A stretch of 64,000 bases of DNA, from positions 288,001 to 352,000 of the forward strand of contig CAXXFF010000001.1 of the NCBI GenBank assembly GCA_963676835.2, read 5' to 3'. The translations under genes and the position numbers were made by a program. This stretch comes from Marispirochaeta sp. Lineage in GTDB: Bacteria; Spirochaetota; Spirochaetia; JC444; Marispirochaetaceae. The notes under the pieces were generated by a model, which saw only the letters and a program-made list of their open reading frames with translations, did no database searches and was not told the DNA's origin. Of the stretch, positions 44,196-53,462 are shown in pieces (the stretch's first letter is position 1; every line of letters begins with the position of its first letter).

Positions 44196-44729
44196 TCAGA
44201 CGCCGACATCGGCGTTTTCCAGGGGTTTGGTAATATTTTCATAGGTTTCGGCATACCTGGCGGTACCCCGTTCTTCAGTAAGTTTGTTTTTTCTTTCAAG
44301 AAGGACAAGTTTCATCAGATGGACAACCAGTTTCTCAAGGTCAAAATAGTGTCCCGATTCGAGGTCATCAAGAAACTCCCAGTTGAAGGAGAGAAGTCCC
44401 ATTTCCGCTTCGTATGCATCATCCAGAGAAGCCAGCTGCCGGGCTTTTTCTGCAACCCGCTGACTCGATGCATGGGGATAGATGTTAGGGTCCCTTCCCA
44501 GAGCGGCTGCCCTGTTTCGGGCAAGTTCACCGGCCAGAGCCTGTTCAAACTCCTGTGCCATTGCAACAAAGGAGTGGGCAGGTCCGCTGCCCGTATAAAC
44601 TGCCTGGAGGACTGCGTAGTCCTTCTCGGAAAGCATGCTTTCGACAAACTGAAGATAGCCGTCGATATCTGTTTCCGTTGTTCCGGAAAATGTCAGATAT
44701 GGAAGTGATGCGACGATGTAGTAATACAC
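44196..44729 (-). CDS. DUF2764 family V-ATPase-associated subunit
   Basis: YYYIVASLP start, W.FLDDLE..HYFD; lies between E and A. Confidence 0.85.
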   Translation of the reverse strand: MYYYIVASLPYLTFSGTTETDIDGYLQFVESMLSEKDYAVLQAVYTGSGPAHSFVAMAQEFEQALAGELARNRAAALGRDPNIYPHASSQRVAEKARQLASLDDAYEAEMGLLSFNWEFLDDLESGHYFDLEKLVVHLMKLVLLERKNKLTEERGTARYAETYENITKPLENADVGV

Positions 44730-44739
44730 ATCCCGCCCC

Positions 44740-45351
44740 TTACGCTTCCTTCGCCGCTTCCTCGACGATGGCCGCTAACTGCGGATTAACAAGCTGGGAA
44801 AGCATTTCGGCAATCTCTCTGGAAGAGAAATCGTAGTAGCTTCCACCCTCTTTGGTTCCGATTCGGAAACCTGCAGCAATACCGGAAAAAGGCTTGATCT
44901 CGACGCCTTCACCGAATTTGGCAGCAAGCTGACTGGTCAGATCCTTACCAAGCTTCTGAGCATCCGCTTCAGAAAGCAGCAGTGAAAGTTCCCCTTCCTT
45001 ACCGTCCCATTTTTCCAGAGCAGCAGTTACAATCTTTGCAAGACCGTCACCGCTCAATGCTTCACCACTCTTTTTTGCGAGAATGGCATCGCTGATCTGC
45101 TGAATTGACTGGCGCACTTTAAGGATCATGTCCCGGGCAGCCTGCTCAAGAGCAGCCTTACCGGAGGCTTCCATGCGCTTGGCCTCTTCTTTCGCAGCAT
45201 TTTTCATGGCAAGAGCTTCTTTCTCTGCCTCTTTGATAATCTCTTCCTTGCGGCGGGCCGCATCGCTAAGAATCTTTTCAGCTTCATCTTTGGCTGAGGA
45301 GATCCCGTCGGTCTTTATCTTCTCAATAAGTTCGTTCAGTTGAACATCCAT
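44740..45351 (-). CDS. atpE: V-type ATP synthase subunit E
   Basis: LIEKIK.DG coiled coil, GFRIG...YDFS; first gene of the operon. Confidence 0.9.
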   Translation of the reverse strand: MDVQLNELIEKIKTDGISSAKDEAEKILSDAARRKEEIIKEAEKEALAMKNAAKEEAKRMEASGKAALEQAARDMILKVRQSIQQISDAILAKKSGEALSGDGLAKIVTAALEKWDGKEGELSLLLSEADAQKLGKDLTSQLAAKFGEGVEIKPFSGIAAGFRIGTKEGGSYYDFSSREIAEMLSQLVNPQLAAIVEEAAKEA

Positions 45352-45404
45352 AGCTTCCTCACTCTCCGATCAAGATCGCGCCCTAGGGCAAAAGTCCGTT
45401 AAAC

Positions 45405-45433
45405 ATACTAAATGAGCACTTCAATTAAATCAA
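45405..45433 (-). promoter_or_regulatory. putative sigma70 promoter of V-ATPase operon
   Basis: TTGATT-17bp-TAGTAT. Confidence 0.5.
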
Positions 45434-45503
45434 TAAGATTTTTAAAAATTACGTTACTTTTTTATCGATACATTATCGCAGCAGTCAGGCACAATAAAAC
45501 GTC

Positions 45504-45866
45504 TTACAGCACATTTGATGTGATGTATTTCGCAACCTTTTGTATTTTGCGCTCAACATATATAAAAACAGCGTCCGGATATGCAGCTTTATGTATCACA
45601 TCTTTCATTTTGGCCGTTAAAGTCTCAACAAAATTTTGAAACTCCATGCCCGGATCCACCTCATAATTTTCCAGATTCTGAACAACCTCTTTAATACCGA
45701 AAAACTCCTGCTTAAGCACGGTAATATTTTCCAGACTGACATATTCGCTGAGAGTATTCTCTTTTCTCCGCTCTTCTGTCATTGCCGCAAGAGTGTTGAT
45801 ATCCTCTTCCAGATCTTCAAGCTCAATTTTCAGTATCTTAAGGAATTTTGATACCTTCTCTTTCAT
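45504..45866 (-). CDS. hypothetical helical protein
   Basis: AAGGA RBS; own TTGCAT-16bp-TACAAT promoter-like sequence. Confidence 0.75.
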   Translation of the reverse strand: MKEKVSKFLKILKIELEDLEEDINTLAAMTEERRKENTLSEYVSLENITVLKQEFFGIKEVVQNLENYEVDPGMEFQNFVETLTAKMKDVIHKAAYPDAVFIYVERKIQKVAKYITSNVL

Positions 45867-45953
45867 ACTACGTCCTTTTCGGGCTCCCCCGAGGTCGCCC
45901 TCATCTTTTATTGTAGTGTAACAGAAAACTAATGCAAGGTACGAAAGTTTTTT

Positions 45954-46352
45954 TTAAAGATTTCCAAGCGAAAGGTCACCATAAATTTTATAAATACGCC
46001 CGTCCTTCTCAACTTTAAGGCTGCGGTCAGGAAAAAAGCGCGGAAGACGGATATTGATCTGATGAATCACATCATGTTCAATCTTATCCCGTTCAAGCGG
46101 GTCAATATGTTCAAGGGTGGATATCTCTATATCGACAACATAACCGCGCCCGAGCTCACTTCCGAAGCCCGGAGAGAAGGCTGCTCCGATATTAAAAAGT
46201 CCGTCATGCTCTTTATTGGAAGTCTTACCCCTTGCAGGTCTGTTGGGGTGAAGGGAATACATTTTTCCATAAGTGTCCTCAAGGTAATCATCGATTTCAT
46301 CGAACATGGCTTTAAGGGTATTGTCCCAGCGGACCATTTTAGGGTGCTTCAT
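45954..46352 (-). CDS. hypothetical protein
   Basis: Start at ATG 46352 with GAGG RBS, overlapping upstream stop. Confidence 0.75.
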   Translation of the reverse strand: MKHPKMVRWDNTLKAMFDEIDDYLEDTYGKMYSLHPNRPARGKTSNKEHDGLFNIGAAFSPGFGSELGRGYVVDIEISTLEHIDPLERDKIEHDVIHQINIRLPRFFPDRSLKVEKDGRIYKIYGDLSLGNL

Positions 46353-46596
46353 CGTCTTCATCCTCATCATCATCATCCATTGAAGCACCCGGCGGGCGGC
46401 CTGTCACTTCCTGAACCGGGGGAAGTCCTGCGCTGGAGCGTCTTCCGCCGCCACTCCGTCTCCGCCGGCCTTTTGATGAATCCATGGAAGCCACTGAAAA
46501 CACTATGGGCAGAAGAACCATTATTGCAAGGGTAATGAAGATAAACTCCCAGGACCGGAAAAGTCCGAGAAGAACTTCCGCAATCACCTGTGTCAT
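46339..46596 (-). CDS. small single-TM hypothetical protein
   Basis: ATGA overlap with rsgA; TM, basic patch, acidic tail. Confidence 0.65.
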   Translation of the reverse strand: MTQVIAEVLLGLFRSWEFIFITLAIMVLLPIVFSVASMDSSKGRRRRSGGGRRSSAGLPPVQEVTGRPPGASMDDDDEDEDDEAP

Positions 46597-47552
46597 TTTG
46601 CTCTGCTCCTGCTTCCCCGGTTTCGGGCGGCTTCGGTTTCCTTCAGCTGCTCCAGTATACGCAGATAACTGTCGTATCTGTCCGGATGTATTGTGCCCGC
46701 ATCCAGCCCTTCTCGAACTGCACAGCCGGGCTCATGATCATGATAGCATGGAGAAAAATTGCATTTACCGAGATAGGCTTCAAATTCGGGAAAATAGTGG
46801 TCCAGATCCAGTGGCAGTATTCCGTCAATATCGATTTCCCGTATACCCGGGGTATCCACCATAAAGCCCTTAAAAGGAGGAAAGATCATTTTTGCAAAAC
46901 AGGTGGTATGACTGCCCCGGTTGTATTTTCGGGTAATATCACCTGTAGCAAGTTCGGCACCGGGAACAATTCTGTTGAGCAGGGTTGATTTACCTACCCC
47001 TGACTGCCCCACAAAGGCAGTATCCCGCCCGGAAATGCGGCTTATAAGATCATCCACCCCTTCTCCGGTTTCGGCGGAACAGAAATGTACTTCAACACCT
47101 ATCTCCCTGTATGCCTCAAGCCGCTCCTGCATGGCAGTATCAATTTCCTGATCCATCTTGTTTACCACAACCATAACAGGCATATCGCCTATGGCTGCCG
47201 CCACCAGTACCCTGTCGATAAAACGGGGCCGAAACGGGGGGGACTCCGGAGAGGTTAAACAGACCATAAGATCCATATTGGCAACAATAGTCTGCATGGT
47301 ACCCCGTTTGCGGTTGAGTCTGGCGAAGACATTGCGTCGCTCTTCCCGGGAGGTTATAAGTCCGCTGCCGTGATGCTGAGGATCTTCCTCATACTCTACA
47401 AGATCACCCACGGCAATTGGATTATATCTGCCCATATCCTGGGCCAGTTTCTTGCCTTTTATACGGCAACTGAGCTCCCGGCGGGTATCTCCTTCTTCTA
47501 TTATAAGGGTGTAGATATTATTTATTCCTGAGGCAACCCGGGCTATGGGCAT
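46593..47552 (-). CDS. rsgA: ribosome small subunit-dependent GTPase A
   Basis: NKMD, GQSGVGKS, GSHTT, DTPG, C..C.H..EPGC zinc site. Confidence 0.96.
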   Translation of the reverse strand: MPIARVASGINNIYTLIIEEGDTRRELSCRIKGKKLAQDMGRYNPIAVGDLVEYEEDPQHHGSGLITSREERRNVFARLNRKRGTMQTIVANMDLMVCLTSPESPPFRPRFIDRVLVAAAIGDMPVMVVVNKMDQEIDTAMQERLEAYREIGVEVHFCSAETGEGVDDLISRISGRDTAFVGQSGVGKSTLLNRIVPGAELATGDITRKYNRGSHTTCFAKMIFPPFKGFMVDTPGIREIDIDGILPLDLDHYFPEFEAYLGKCNFSPCYHDHEPGCAVREGLDAGTIHPDRYDSYLRILEQLKETEAARNRGSRSRAK

Positions 47553-48385
47553 GACAGGACCCCCTCAAAGCTGGCGCCGTAAAAATGGGCGAAATCGGTA
47601 TAGCTTCCGTTCTCCGGCATGGAGGTTGTATATATTCGAAAATCCCCTTCTCCCTCGGGCCTATTCCCGGCGCTCAGCTCTTCCAGACGGCGAAGAACCT
47701 CCCGGCCGACTCCTTCAACGGAATCTACAACCTCAATATCCGGCCCAAGGAGTTCCTGAAATTCATCTTTAAGATGAATAAAATGGGTGCACCCCAGCAC
47801 AAGCTGATCTACTCCTGCATCCCTGAAAAAGCTGCAGGCCGGAGTAACTGCATCCAGACGCTGCTGCAGAGTAGATCCGGTAATCCGGTGCTCCACAAAC
47901 TCAACCAGTCCCTGCCCGGCATAGCGTACAACGGAACAATCGGAAGCGAAATCTGCTATAAGTTTGTCGGTATAGCTGCTGACCACAGTTTCTGAAGTGG
48001 CAATCAGACCTATTCTACGGGCTTTGCTTTTAAGGGCAGCAGGCTTTACTGCGGGAACCACACCCACAAAAGGCAACGGAAACTTCTCCCGCAGGGCAGC
48101 CAGTGCTACTACCGAAGCGGTATTACAGGCAATAAGCACCATATCCGGGTCAAACTCTGACTGAATGCAGCCTATGCGCCGGCGGACAAGTTCAATGAGT
48201 TCTTCCTCACTTTTACTGCCGTAGGGGAATCCCTTGCTGTCGGCGAGGTAAATGTAGCGCCCCTGGGGACGGTGCCTGTGGATCCAGGAAAGATACGGCA
48301 GCCCCCCGGCACCGGAATCGAGAACGGCAAGAACGGGAGGCTTACCAACAGCGGCTGAATCAGCCGAAGAGTTTGTCAAAGGCAT
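47543..48385 (-). CDS. murI: glutamate racemase
   Basis: DSGAGG, PYGSK, IACNTAS, VLGCTHF; start uncertain (48385-48397). Confidence 0.94.
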   Translation of the reverse strand: MPLTNSSADSAAVGKPPVLAVLDSGAGGLPYLSWIHRHRPQGRYIYLADSKGFPYGSKSEEELIELVRRRIGCIQSEFDPDMVLIACNTASVVALAALREKFPLPFVGVVPAVKPAALKSKARRIGLIATSETVVSSYTDKLIADFASDCSVVRYAGQGLVEFVEHRITGSTLQQRLDAVTPACSFFRDAGVDQLVLGCTHFIHLKDEFQELLGPDIEVVDSVEGVGREVLRRLEELSAGNRPEGEGDFRIYTTSMPENGSYTDFAHFYGASFEGVLSCP

Positions 48386-48656
48386 TGCGGGCATCATCTT
48401 TTTTCTTTTTTTCTCCCGATCCCTGTTCCGTGCTCCGGTTGGGAGAGTATGAATCACAGTAATTGGCGGATTCTTTGTCGGTTACCTGCTCGGAGATATG
48501 TTCCTTACAGTCATACTGCTGCCCCGGGGCATAGTAGAGACAATTCCGGCACGACCTTAAAGACTTACCGCATTGTGAGCAGGTATCGTCACGATAGACT
48601 TTTCCCTCCGGCATAGGGGATCCGCATATAGCACACATGAACATAGAGTACCCCAA
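48360..48656 (-). CDS. small Cys-rich putative Zn-binding protein
   Basis: CAIC, CSQC, CRNC, DC...NYC; KKKDDARNAFDKLFG tail. Confidence 0.75.
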   Translation of the reverse strand: MGYSMFMCAICGSPMPEGKVYRDDTCSQCGKSLRSCRNCLYYAPGQQYDCKEHISEQVTDKESANYCDSYSPNRSTEQGSGEKKKKDDARNAFDKLFG

Positions 48657-48752
48657 GACGGGGGAATTGTGAAGTTCCTATATTTAATGAGTTCCTATAA
48701 TTGTTCAGTACGATAATTGATCAGTTGAGGAGCAAAACGATAGAATGATCGT

Positions 48753-49526
48753 GTGGAAAGTAAAGATGTACTGAGAATGGAAAACGTCGGGAAGAAATAC
48801 CGCGGCAGCAGCGTATGGGCATTGAAAGATTTCAACCTTACCTGCATTTCCCACGAAATTACCGCCCTTATCGGCATTAACGGTGCCGGAAAAACAACCA
48901 CCCTGCGTCTGGCTGCATCCACCCTGAAACCAAGTGAAGGCACAATCAGCATGAACAGCAGCTATTCGCACCGCAGCCGGGCGGGAATTCTCTTCGGAGG
49001 AACCAGCGGACTCTACAAACGGCTTACTGCCAGAGAAAATATTCTCTACTTTGCACAACTGAATGGAATAAACAAGAAAACTGCGGAGAAAACCCTGCAA
49101 AAACTGTCCCGCTGGCTGAATCTGGATGATTTTCTGGATATCCGTGCAGGAAAGTTTTCCACGGGAATGCTGCAGCGGACCCTGCTGGCACGGGGCCTGA
49201 TACATGATCCGCCCCTGCTGCTGCTGGATGAACCGGCCAGCGGGCTTGATCCCCGGGCGGCAGAGAGTATCTACTCCTTTATTTCCGCCTGCCGCAATGA
49301 AGGAAAGACGGTAATTTTTTCCACCCACAACCTGCATGCAGCACAACGGCTCAGTGATCGAATAGTTCTCCTGCATAAAGGCAAATGCATTTCCGCCGGT
49401 ACCTGCGAAGATGTTGCCCATACAGCAGGTTTACCCGGAGAGAGCAGCCTGGAAGATTCCTTCTTTGCTCTTACATCACCCGAATATGGTGATAAAACCG
49501 AAGTGTACACAGGTACAAAACAGTGA
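48753..49526 (+). CDS. ABC transporter ATP-binding protein, NatA-like
   Basis: GINGAGKT, FSTGM signature, LLLDEP, STH. Confidence 0.9.
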   Translation: MESKDVLRMENVGKKYRGSSVWALKDFNLTCISHEITALIGINGAGKTTTLRLAASTLKPSEGTISMNSSYSHRSRAGILFGGTSGLYKRLTARENILYFAQLNGINKKTAEKTLQKLSRWLNLDDFLDIRAGKFSTGMLQRTLLARGLIHDPPLLLLDEPASGLDPRAAESIYSFISACRNEGKTVIFSTHNLHAAQRLSDRIVLLHKGKCISAGTCEDVAHTAGLPGESSLEDSFFALTSPEYGDKTEVYTGTKQ

Positions 49527-50362
49527 ATATGATATTTCAAACTGCTGCTGCAGCACTGACAGTACTGAAAAAAGAGCTGAAAGATCTGCTGCGCGACCCC
49601 CGCACCATGGTCGTATCCATACTGCTGCCGCTGATTCTGTTTCCTCTTATATTCACCATTGCCGGCGGAAGTATGGCGGAAAACATACCCGCAATACAGA
49701 CTGATCCCGAAGAAGCCGGCCGGGCGATTCTGGCAATTATTTTACCGTTTATAATTACCATATTCAGCAGCGCCTGCCCCCTCCCCTTTGCAGCAGATCT
49801 GAGTGCCGGGGAAAAAGAACGAAAGAGTCTTGAACCGCTGCTTTCCTCTGCAGCTCCGCGGACAGCCATTATTGCAGGAAAGCTGGCTGCAGCCGGCGCA
49901 GCGGGGTTTCTCAGCCTAACAGCGTTTACCGCGGGTCTGACTATATCCTACCTGCTTAATCCGGGCATTATCGGAGACGGCGGACTGATTTTTCGCCTCT
50001 CTCCAGGCGACATTCTGCTTATATCCGCCGCTGCTGGCAGTGCTGTTTTTCTTTTTGCCGGGCTGGAGCTTCTTCTGGGTTTTCTGGCCAAATCCGTACG
50101 GGAGGCCCAGCTTCTGGGAATGCCGGTTCTCATAATCTCAGGCCTGATTGTCTATACCGCCCAGTATGCGGATCCGTCATCACTGCTGTTTAGCTGTCTT
50201 CCCCTGGTTAACCTGGCAATATTAATACAAACCACAATTACAGGAGTATTAACATTTTCCACGGTTGTGACAGTTTTCGCATGTTCGTTCTTATATTTAC
50301 TCTTGCTGATAACAGGCGGAACCCTGCTTCTGCGGCGGGAAGCAACTCTGCTGGAACAGTAG
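49523..50362 (+). CDS. ABC transporter permease, NatB-like (compact)
   Basis: KKELKDLLRDPRT, AGEKERKSLEPLL, GKL, SVREAQ; GTGA overlap. Confidence 0.85.
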   Translation: MNMIFQTAAAALTVLKKELKDLLRDPRTMVVSILLPLILFPLIFTIAGGSMAENIPAIQTDPEEAGRAILAIILPFIITIFSSACPLPFAADLSAGEKERKSLEPLLSSAAPRTAIIAGKLAAAGAAGFLSLTAFTAGLTISYLLNPGIIGDGGLIFRLSPGDILLISAAAGSAVFLFAGLELLLGFLAKSVREAQLLGMPVLIISGLIVYTAQYADPSSLLFSCLPLVNLAILIQTTITGVLTFSTVVTVFACSFLYLLLLITGGTLLLRREATLLEQ

Positions 50363-50384
50363 GACTGTCCAAAGAAGAGCCGGA

Positions 50385-50413
50385 TTGATTTTCCTGCGGT
50401 TCGGAAGTATAGT
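50385..50413 (+). promoter_or_regulatory. putative sigma70 promoter of small ORF
   Basis: TTGATT-17bp-TATAGT. Confidence 0.5.
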
Positions 50414-50448
50414 AGAAGATATAATATTAAAACTGCGGATGGAAATAT

Positions 50449-50511
50449 ATGGATATAGTAACTGCACTTGTAGTTGTAATTCTTGTTGTTGTATTGATTA
50501 AGTTAATTTAG
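50449..50511 (+). CDS. putative 20-aa hydrophobic membrane peptide MDIVTALVVVILVVVLIKLI
   Basis: ATG..TAG, GGATGGA RBS-like, upstream promoter, single TM composition. Confidence 0.5.
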   Translation: MDIVTALVVVILVVVLIKLI

Positions 50512-50534
50512 AGAAGGAATTTCCACAAACCGTA

Positions 50535-50563
50535 TTGACAAAATTCTGCCGATTCGGTAAGTT
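50535..50563 (+). promoter_or_regulatory. tRNA promoter
   Basis: TTGACA-17bp-TAAGTT. Confidence 0.65.
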
Positions 50564-50578
50564 CTCTACACATTAAAC

Positions 50579-50650
<72 letters not shown>

Positions 50651-50656
50651 CTACTT

Positions 50657-50684
50657 GAGATCCTGTTCTGCAGGGTCTTTTTTT
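50657..50684 (+). terminator. rho-independent terminator after tRNA-Gly
   Basis: AGATCCTG/CAGGGTCT stem plus T run. Confidence 0.75.
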
Positions 50685-50844
50685 ATGTATCTGATGAAAA
50701 TTTTTAGCATTGTAAATAGGTTCCATATCCTTCATAATTTTTACAACAAATAAACCTACTGACAGTTTATCTGCATCTTTCCATAAATATGGAGGCAAAG
50801 AAACAGATCAATGACAACTGCAAGGCACAGCCACCTTATAATGT

Positions 50845-52032
50845 TTAAAATCCTCTCATCCTAGGCCTGAAAATATTGATAAGTTGATTGATTTTATCTT
50901 TAAAGAATTCTTTTATCTCTTCACGCTTATTATCATCAAACACATCATCACAATTCATCCTGTATCCAACACCATCTCCTACATCCCATGCCCAGACAGA
51001 ATCATGCCCAGCTTCTAAATGAATTTTTTCTTTATCCTCATCCAAGAAACTATAGATTTCCCTTCCCTCTAAATCTTTCTGACATCGAAAATATACACCA
51101 ACTCTGTTTTTGCTTTTCATGAAATATGCACTTACCCATGCACGCCGGGATTTACCTGGGTATACATAAAGATTCTGCCCTGTTGCGGGATTAGGCAATG
51201 GTTGACCAGGATCATCAAACACTAGTTCAGCAACAAGTTCACTCCAGAATTTTGTATAGAACATTTTTTCCTTCTCCCAATCTGGGGAATAGGATGGTAT
51301 ATTTGTATTTACTTTTGTTTTTTCAGTAGATGCTGACAGAGAAAATCCATGTGGAATCTCAACCACATATTTCTGTAACTCCACTGTCTTCACTACTGTT
51401 CGAGGCAAAATAATAGTCTCTAAATTATTCTTCTGATAAATTGAAAGTTCAACCATTCCAAATGTAAAGTTTAAATGGCCAGCAGCTTCCAGGAACTCCG
51501 CTATTCCAGACGCTCCTTCTCGAATACCATCCCCAACTATCAACAGCAGGAATCTACCTCTAAACAGATTGCGGCTAATTGTATCAATGAAGTCCTTTTC
51601 CTCCAGCAGCAGGTTTGAATCACCCTCAGATGCCATTTTATACAATGTGTTGCCTGTACTCTTAAGTCTACGGTTCGTTTCCCTTTGAAGATCTTCATAT
51701 GTCCATTTGGAGAGTTCTTTTGCATAGTCCAAAATTTGAGCTATAACAACTCTTCTTGCTTCCGGATTTCTCCAAAGTTTTGTCTCTATGATAATCAATT
51801 CACCTGTAGGTGTAACCATGAAGATATCAAGCGGACCAACTGGAGTACTTAACTCTGTACAAATAGGGATAACAGGGTTAAACGATTCATCTATATCACT
51901 TATTGGAAGACATTCCGGGTACTTAAAAACAAGTTCCTGAATACTCGCCTCATCCAATGCCTCTATCTGCTTTAATAATTCAACTTTTCCATCATCTATG
52001 GAAATAGGTCTGCCGTAAGCTGATTGTTTCAT
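50845..52032 (-). CDS. PD-(D/E)XK nuclease, NucS/DUF4268-like
   Basis: E...GPLDIFMV...IIIETKL...AQILDYA; C-terminal YTKFWSEL domain; AAGGAG RBS. Confidence 0.75.
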   Translation of the reverse strand: MKQSAYGRPISIDDGKVELLKQIEALDEASIQELVFKYPECLPISDIDESFNPVIPICTELSTPVGPLDIFMVTPTGELIIIETKLWRNPEARRVVIAQILDYAKELSKWTYEDLQRETNRRLKSTGNTLYKMASEGDSNLLLEEKDFIDTISRNLFRGRFLLLIVGDGIREGASGIAEFLEAAGHLNFTFGMVELSIYQKNNLETIILPRTVVKTVELQKYVVEIPHGFSLSASTEKTKVNTNIPSYSPDWEKEKMFYTKFWSELVAELVFDDPGQPLPNPATGQNLYVYPGKSRRAWVSAYFMKSKNRVGVYFRCQKDLEGREIYSFLDEDKEKIHLEAGHDSVWAWDVGDGVGYRMNCDDVFDDNKREEIKEFFKDKINQLINIFRPRMRGF

Positions 52033-52208
52033 GGAAACTCCTTTTGTGATTTTAAAATCTCGTTAAGATGATACAATTTGTTACAAAGTCTAATGCCATA
52101 GCATCTTTCCCAATAAAGCTGTCTCCCCGTCTGATCATCCTTCGGAAATGCACAAACAGAGTAATAATCAATTTCCAGCTCAGGAATGAGATATTGCTGC
52201 ATTAACAT
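52029..52208 (-). CDS. possible 59-aa hypothetical protein or gene remnant
   Basis: Fills the gap between two genes; its TGA overlaps the next ATG (ATGA); no clear RBS. Confidence 0.3.
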   Translation of the reverse strand: MLMQQYLIPELEIDYYSVCAFPKDDQTGRQLYWERCYGIRLCNKLYHLNEILKSQKEFP

Positions 52209-52230
52209 AGTTACTGACAGGCTTTCTTTA

Positions 52231-52713
52231 TTATGAACAGTTTTTTCCGATCTTACTCCTGATTGATTTAACTAACTTGAGTATCAATCCAGTTTGAAAT
52301 GCACTAACCAATGCACCTTCACAAAACCGGTCCTGCCGAACAATAGCTGTTGTGAGTTTGCACATTGTGGGGACATCCAGTGTATCTATATAGTCATCAA
52401 TATTATTATAAAGTTCGTTTCCGTATTCCCATGATGGCCAATCGAAAACAATTATAATGGGTATTTCATATACTATATGTATAAACCGGGTTATAACATC
52501 GGAATGTTTACAGTGGAGAGATCCGACACTACCCGTAGCCGAATTATTTCCGTATTCCCACTCTCCGAAACTCTGCGTCTGTTCTATTTCCGGTATCAGA
52601 TCAAATAACGGTTTCCATTCTTCAAGAGTATAGCTGCTTATTCGTTCTACATAATTGTCTTCATTCAGTTCTAAATCAGCCATGCTACGATCCTTTAGAG
52701 TATTTTGGTTCAT
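52231..52713 (-). CDS. DUF6508 domain protein
   Basis: FDWPSW and TAIVRQDRFCEGALVSAFQTGLILK pattern. Confidence 0.75.
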   Translation of the reverse strand: MNQNTLKDRSMADLELNEDNYVERISSYTLEEWKPLFDLIPEIEQTQSFGEWEYGNNSATGSVGSLHCKHSDVITRFIHIVYEIPIIIVFDWPSWEYGNELYNNIDDYIDTLDVPTMCKLTTAIVRQDRFCEGALVSAFQTGLILKLVKSIRSKIGKNCS

Positions 52714-52725
52714 AGATTATCCGCT

Positions 52726-53424
52726 TTAGTTCATTTGTATTGTAACAAAAGGATGATCGCTTAATGCTATCCGTTCACCATCGTTTTGCTTTACCGAAAA
52801 ATCCATTTCAATCTCTGTTGCCAGTGAATCGGAATGGATTACATGTTGTACAGAATTGGTTTCTTCCGCAGTCGGCCATTGTAAATTATTGACTTTCACA
52901 AAATCATAGACCTGCTCATATGCCGTCTTCTTTTGCGACCACCCTTTTTTTAAATTGAAGTCTCCCCCGATCAGGAACGTATTCCCGAGCAGTTGAGTAA
53001 ACTGTGAGATTTGCTCATTGAATCGATCAGAATATTTCTTGGTACTCTCTTTCTTCCATTGATCCTTTATCGTAATAACATTGCCATAGACATACAGAGG
53101 TTGCCCCTTATATTCAACCTTGCAGAGGACCCCGTTGAGAGGCTCCTCAATGACTACCTGCTCTGCCGGAAGTTTGCTTAAGATAGCAACCTGGTGATAC
53201 TTGTTGGGAGGGTCATAACACCTGCTTTTCTTGTAGTAACAGCTTTCATCACTGCAATACTGCGTAAAACCTGGGAACGCAATAGTTGAATTGGTTTCGG
53301 TTAAGATCAACAGATCACAGTTCTGCTTCTCAATATACGCACATATTTCAGTATACCGTTGAAGCCGACCAGCTCTCTTTGTATCCATCTCGGGGTGATC
53401 AATGTTCCAGAGTCCTATTCTCAT
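52726..53424 (-). CDS. endonuclease/exonuclease/phosphatase (EEP) family protein
   Basis: WNI, DLLILTE, GGDFN, LSDHP motifs. Confidence 0.85.
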   Translation of the reverse strand: MRIGLWNIDHPEMDTKRAGRLQRYTEICAYIEKQNCDLLILTETNSTIAFPGFTQYCSDESCYYKKSRCYDPPNKYHQVAILSKLPAEQVVIEEPLNGVLCKVEYKGQPLYVYGNVITIKDQWKKESTKKYSDRFNEQISQFTQLLGNTFLIGGDFNLKKGWSQKKTAYEQVYDFVKVNNLQWPTAEETNSVQHVIHSDSLATEIEMDFSVKQNDGERIALSDHPFVTIQMN

Positions 53425-53462
53425 GTTTACCCTTTGCCGTACAACAGTATCGTAGTTTTTTC

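Noticed and set aside
50439..50501. Cys-rich ORF MEIYGYSNCTCSCNSCCCID resembling a RiPP precursor
   Set aside because: It is the alternate frame of the Val-rich peptide (GTT/GTA codons read as TGT), has no RBS, and no modification enzymes are nearby
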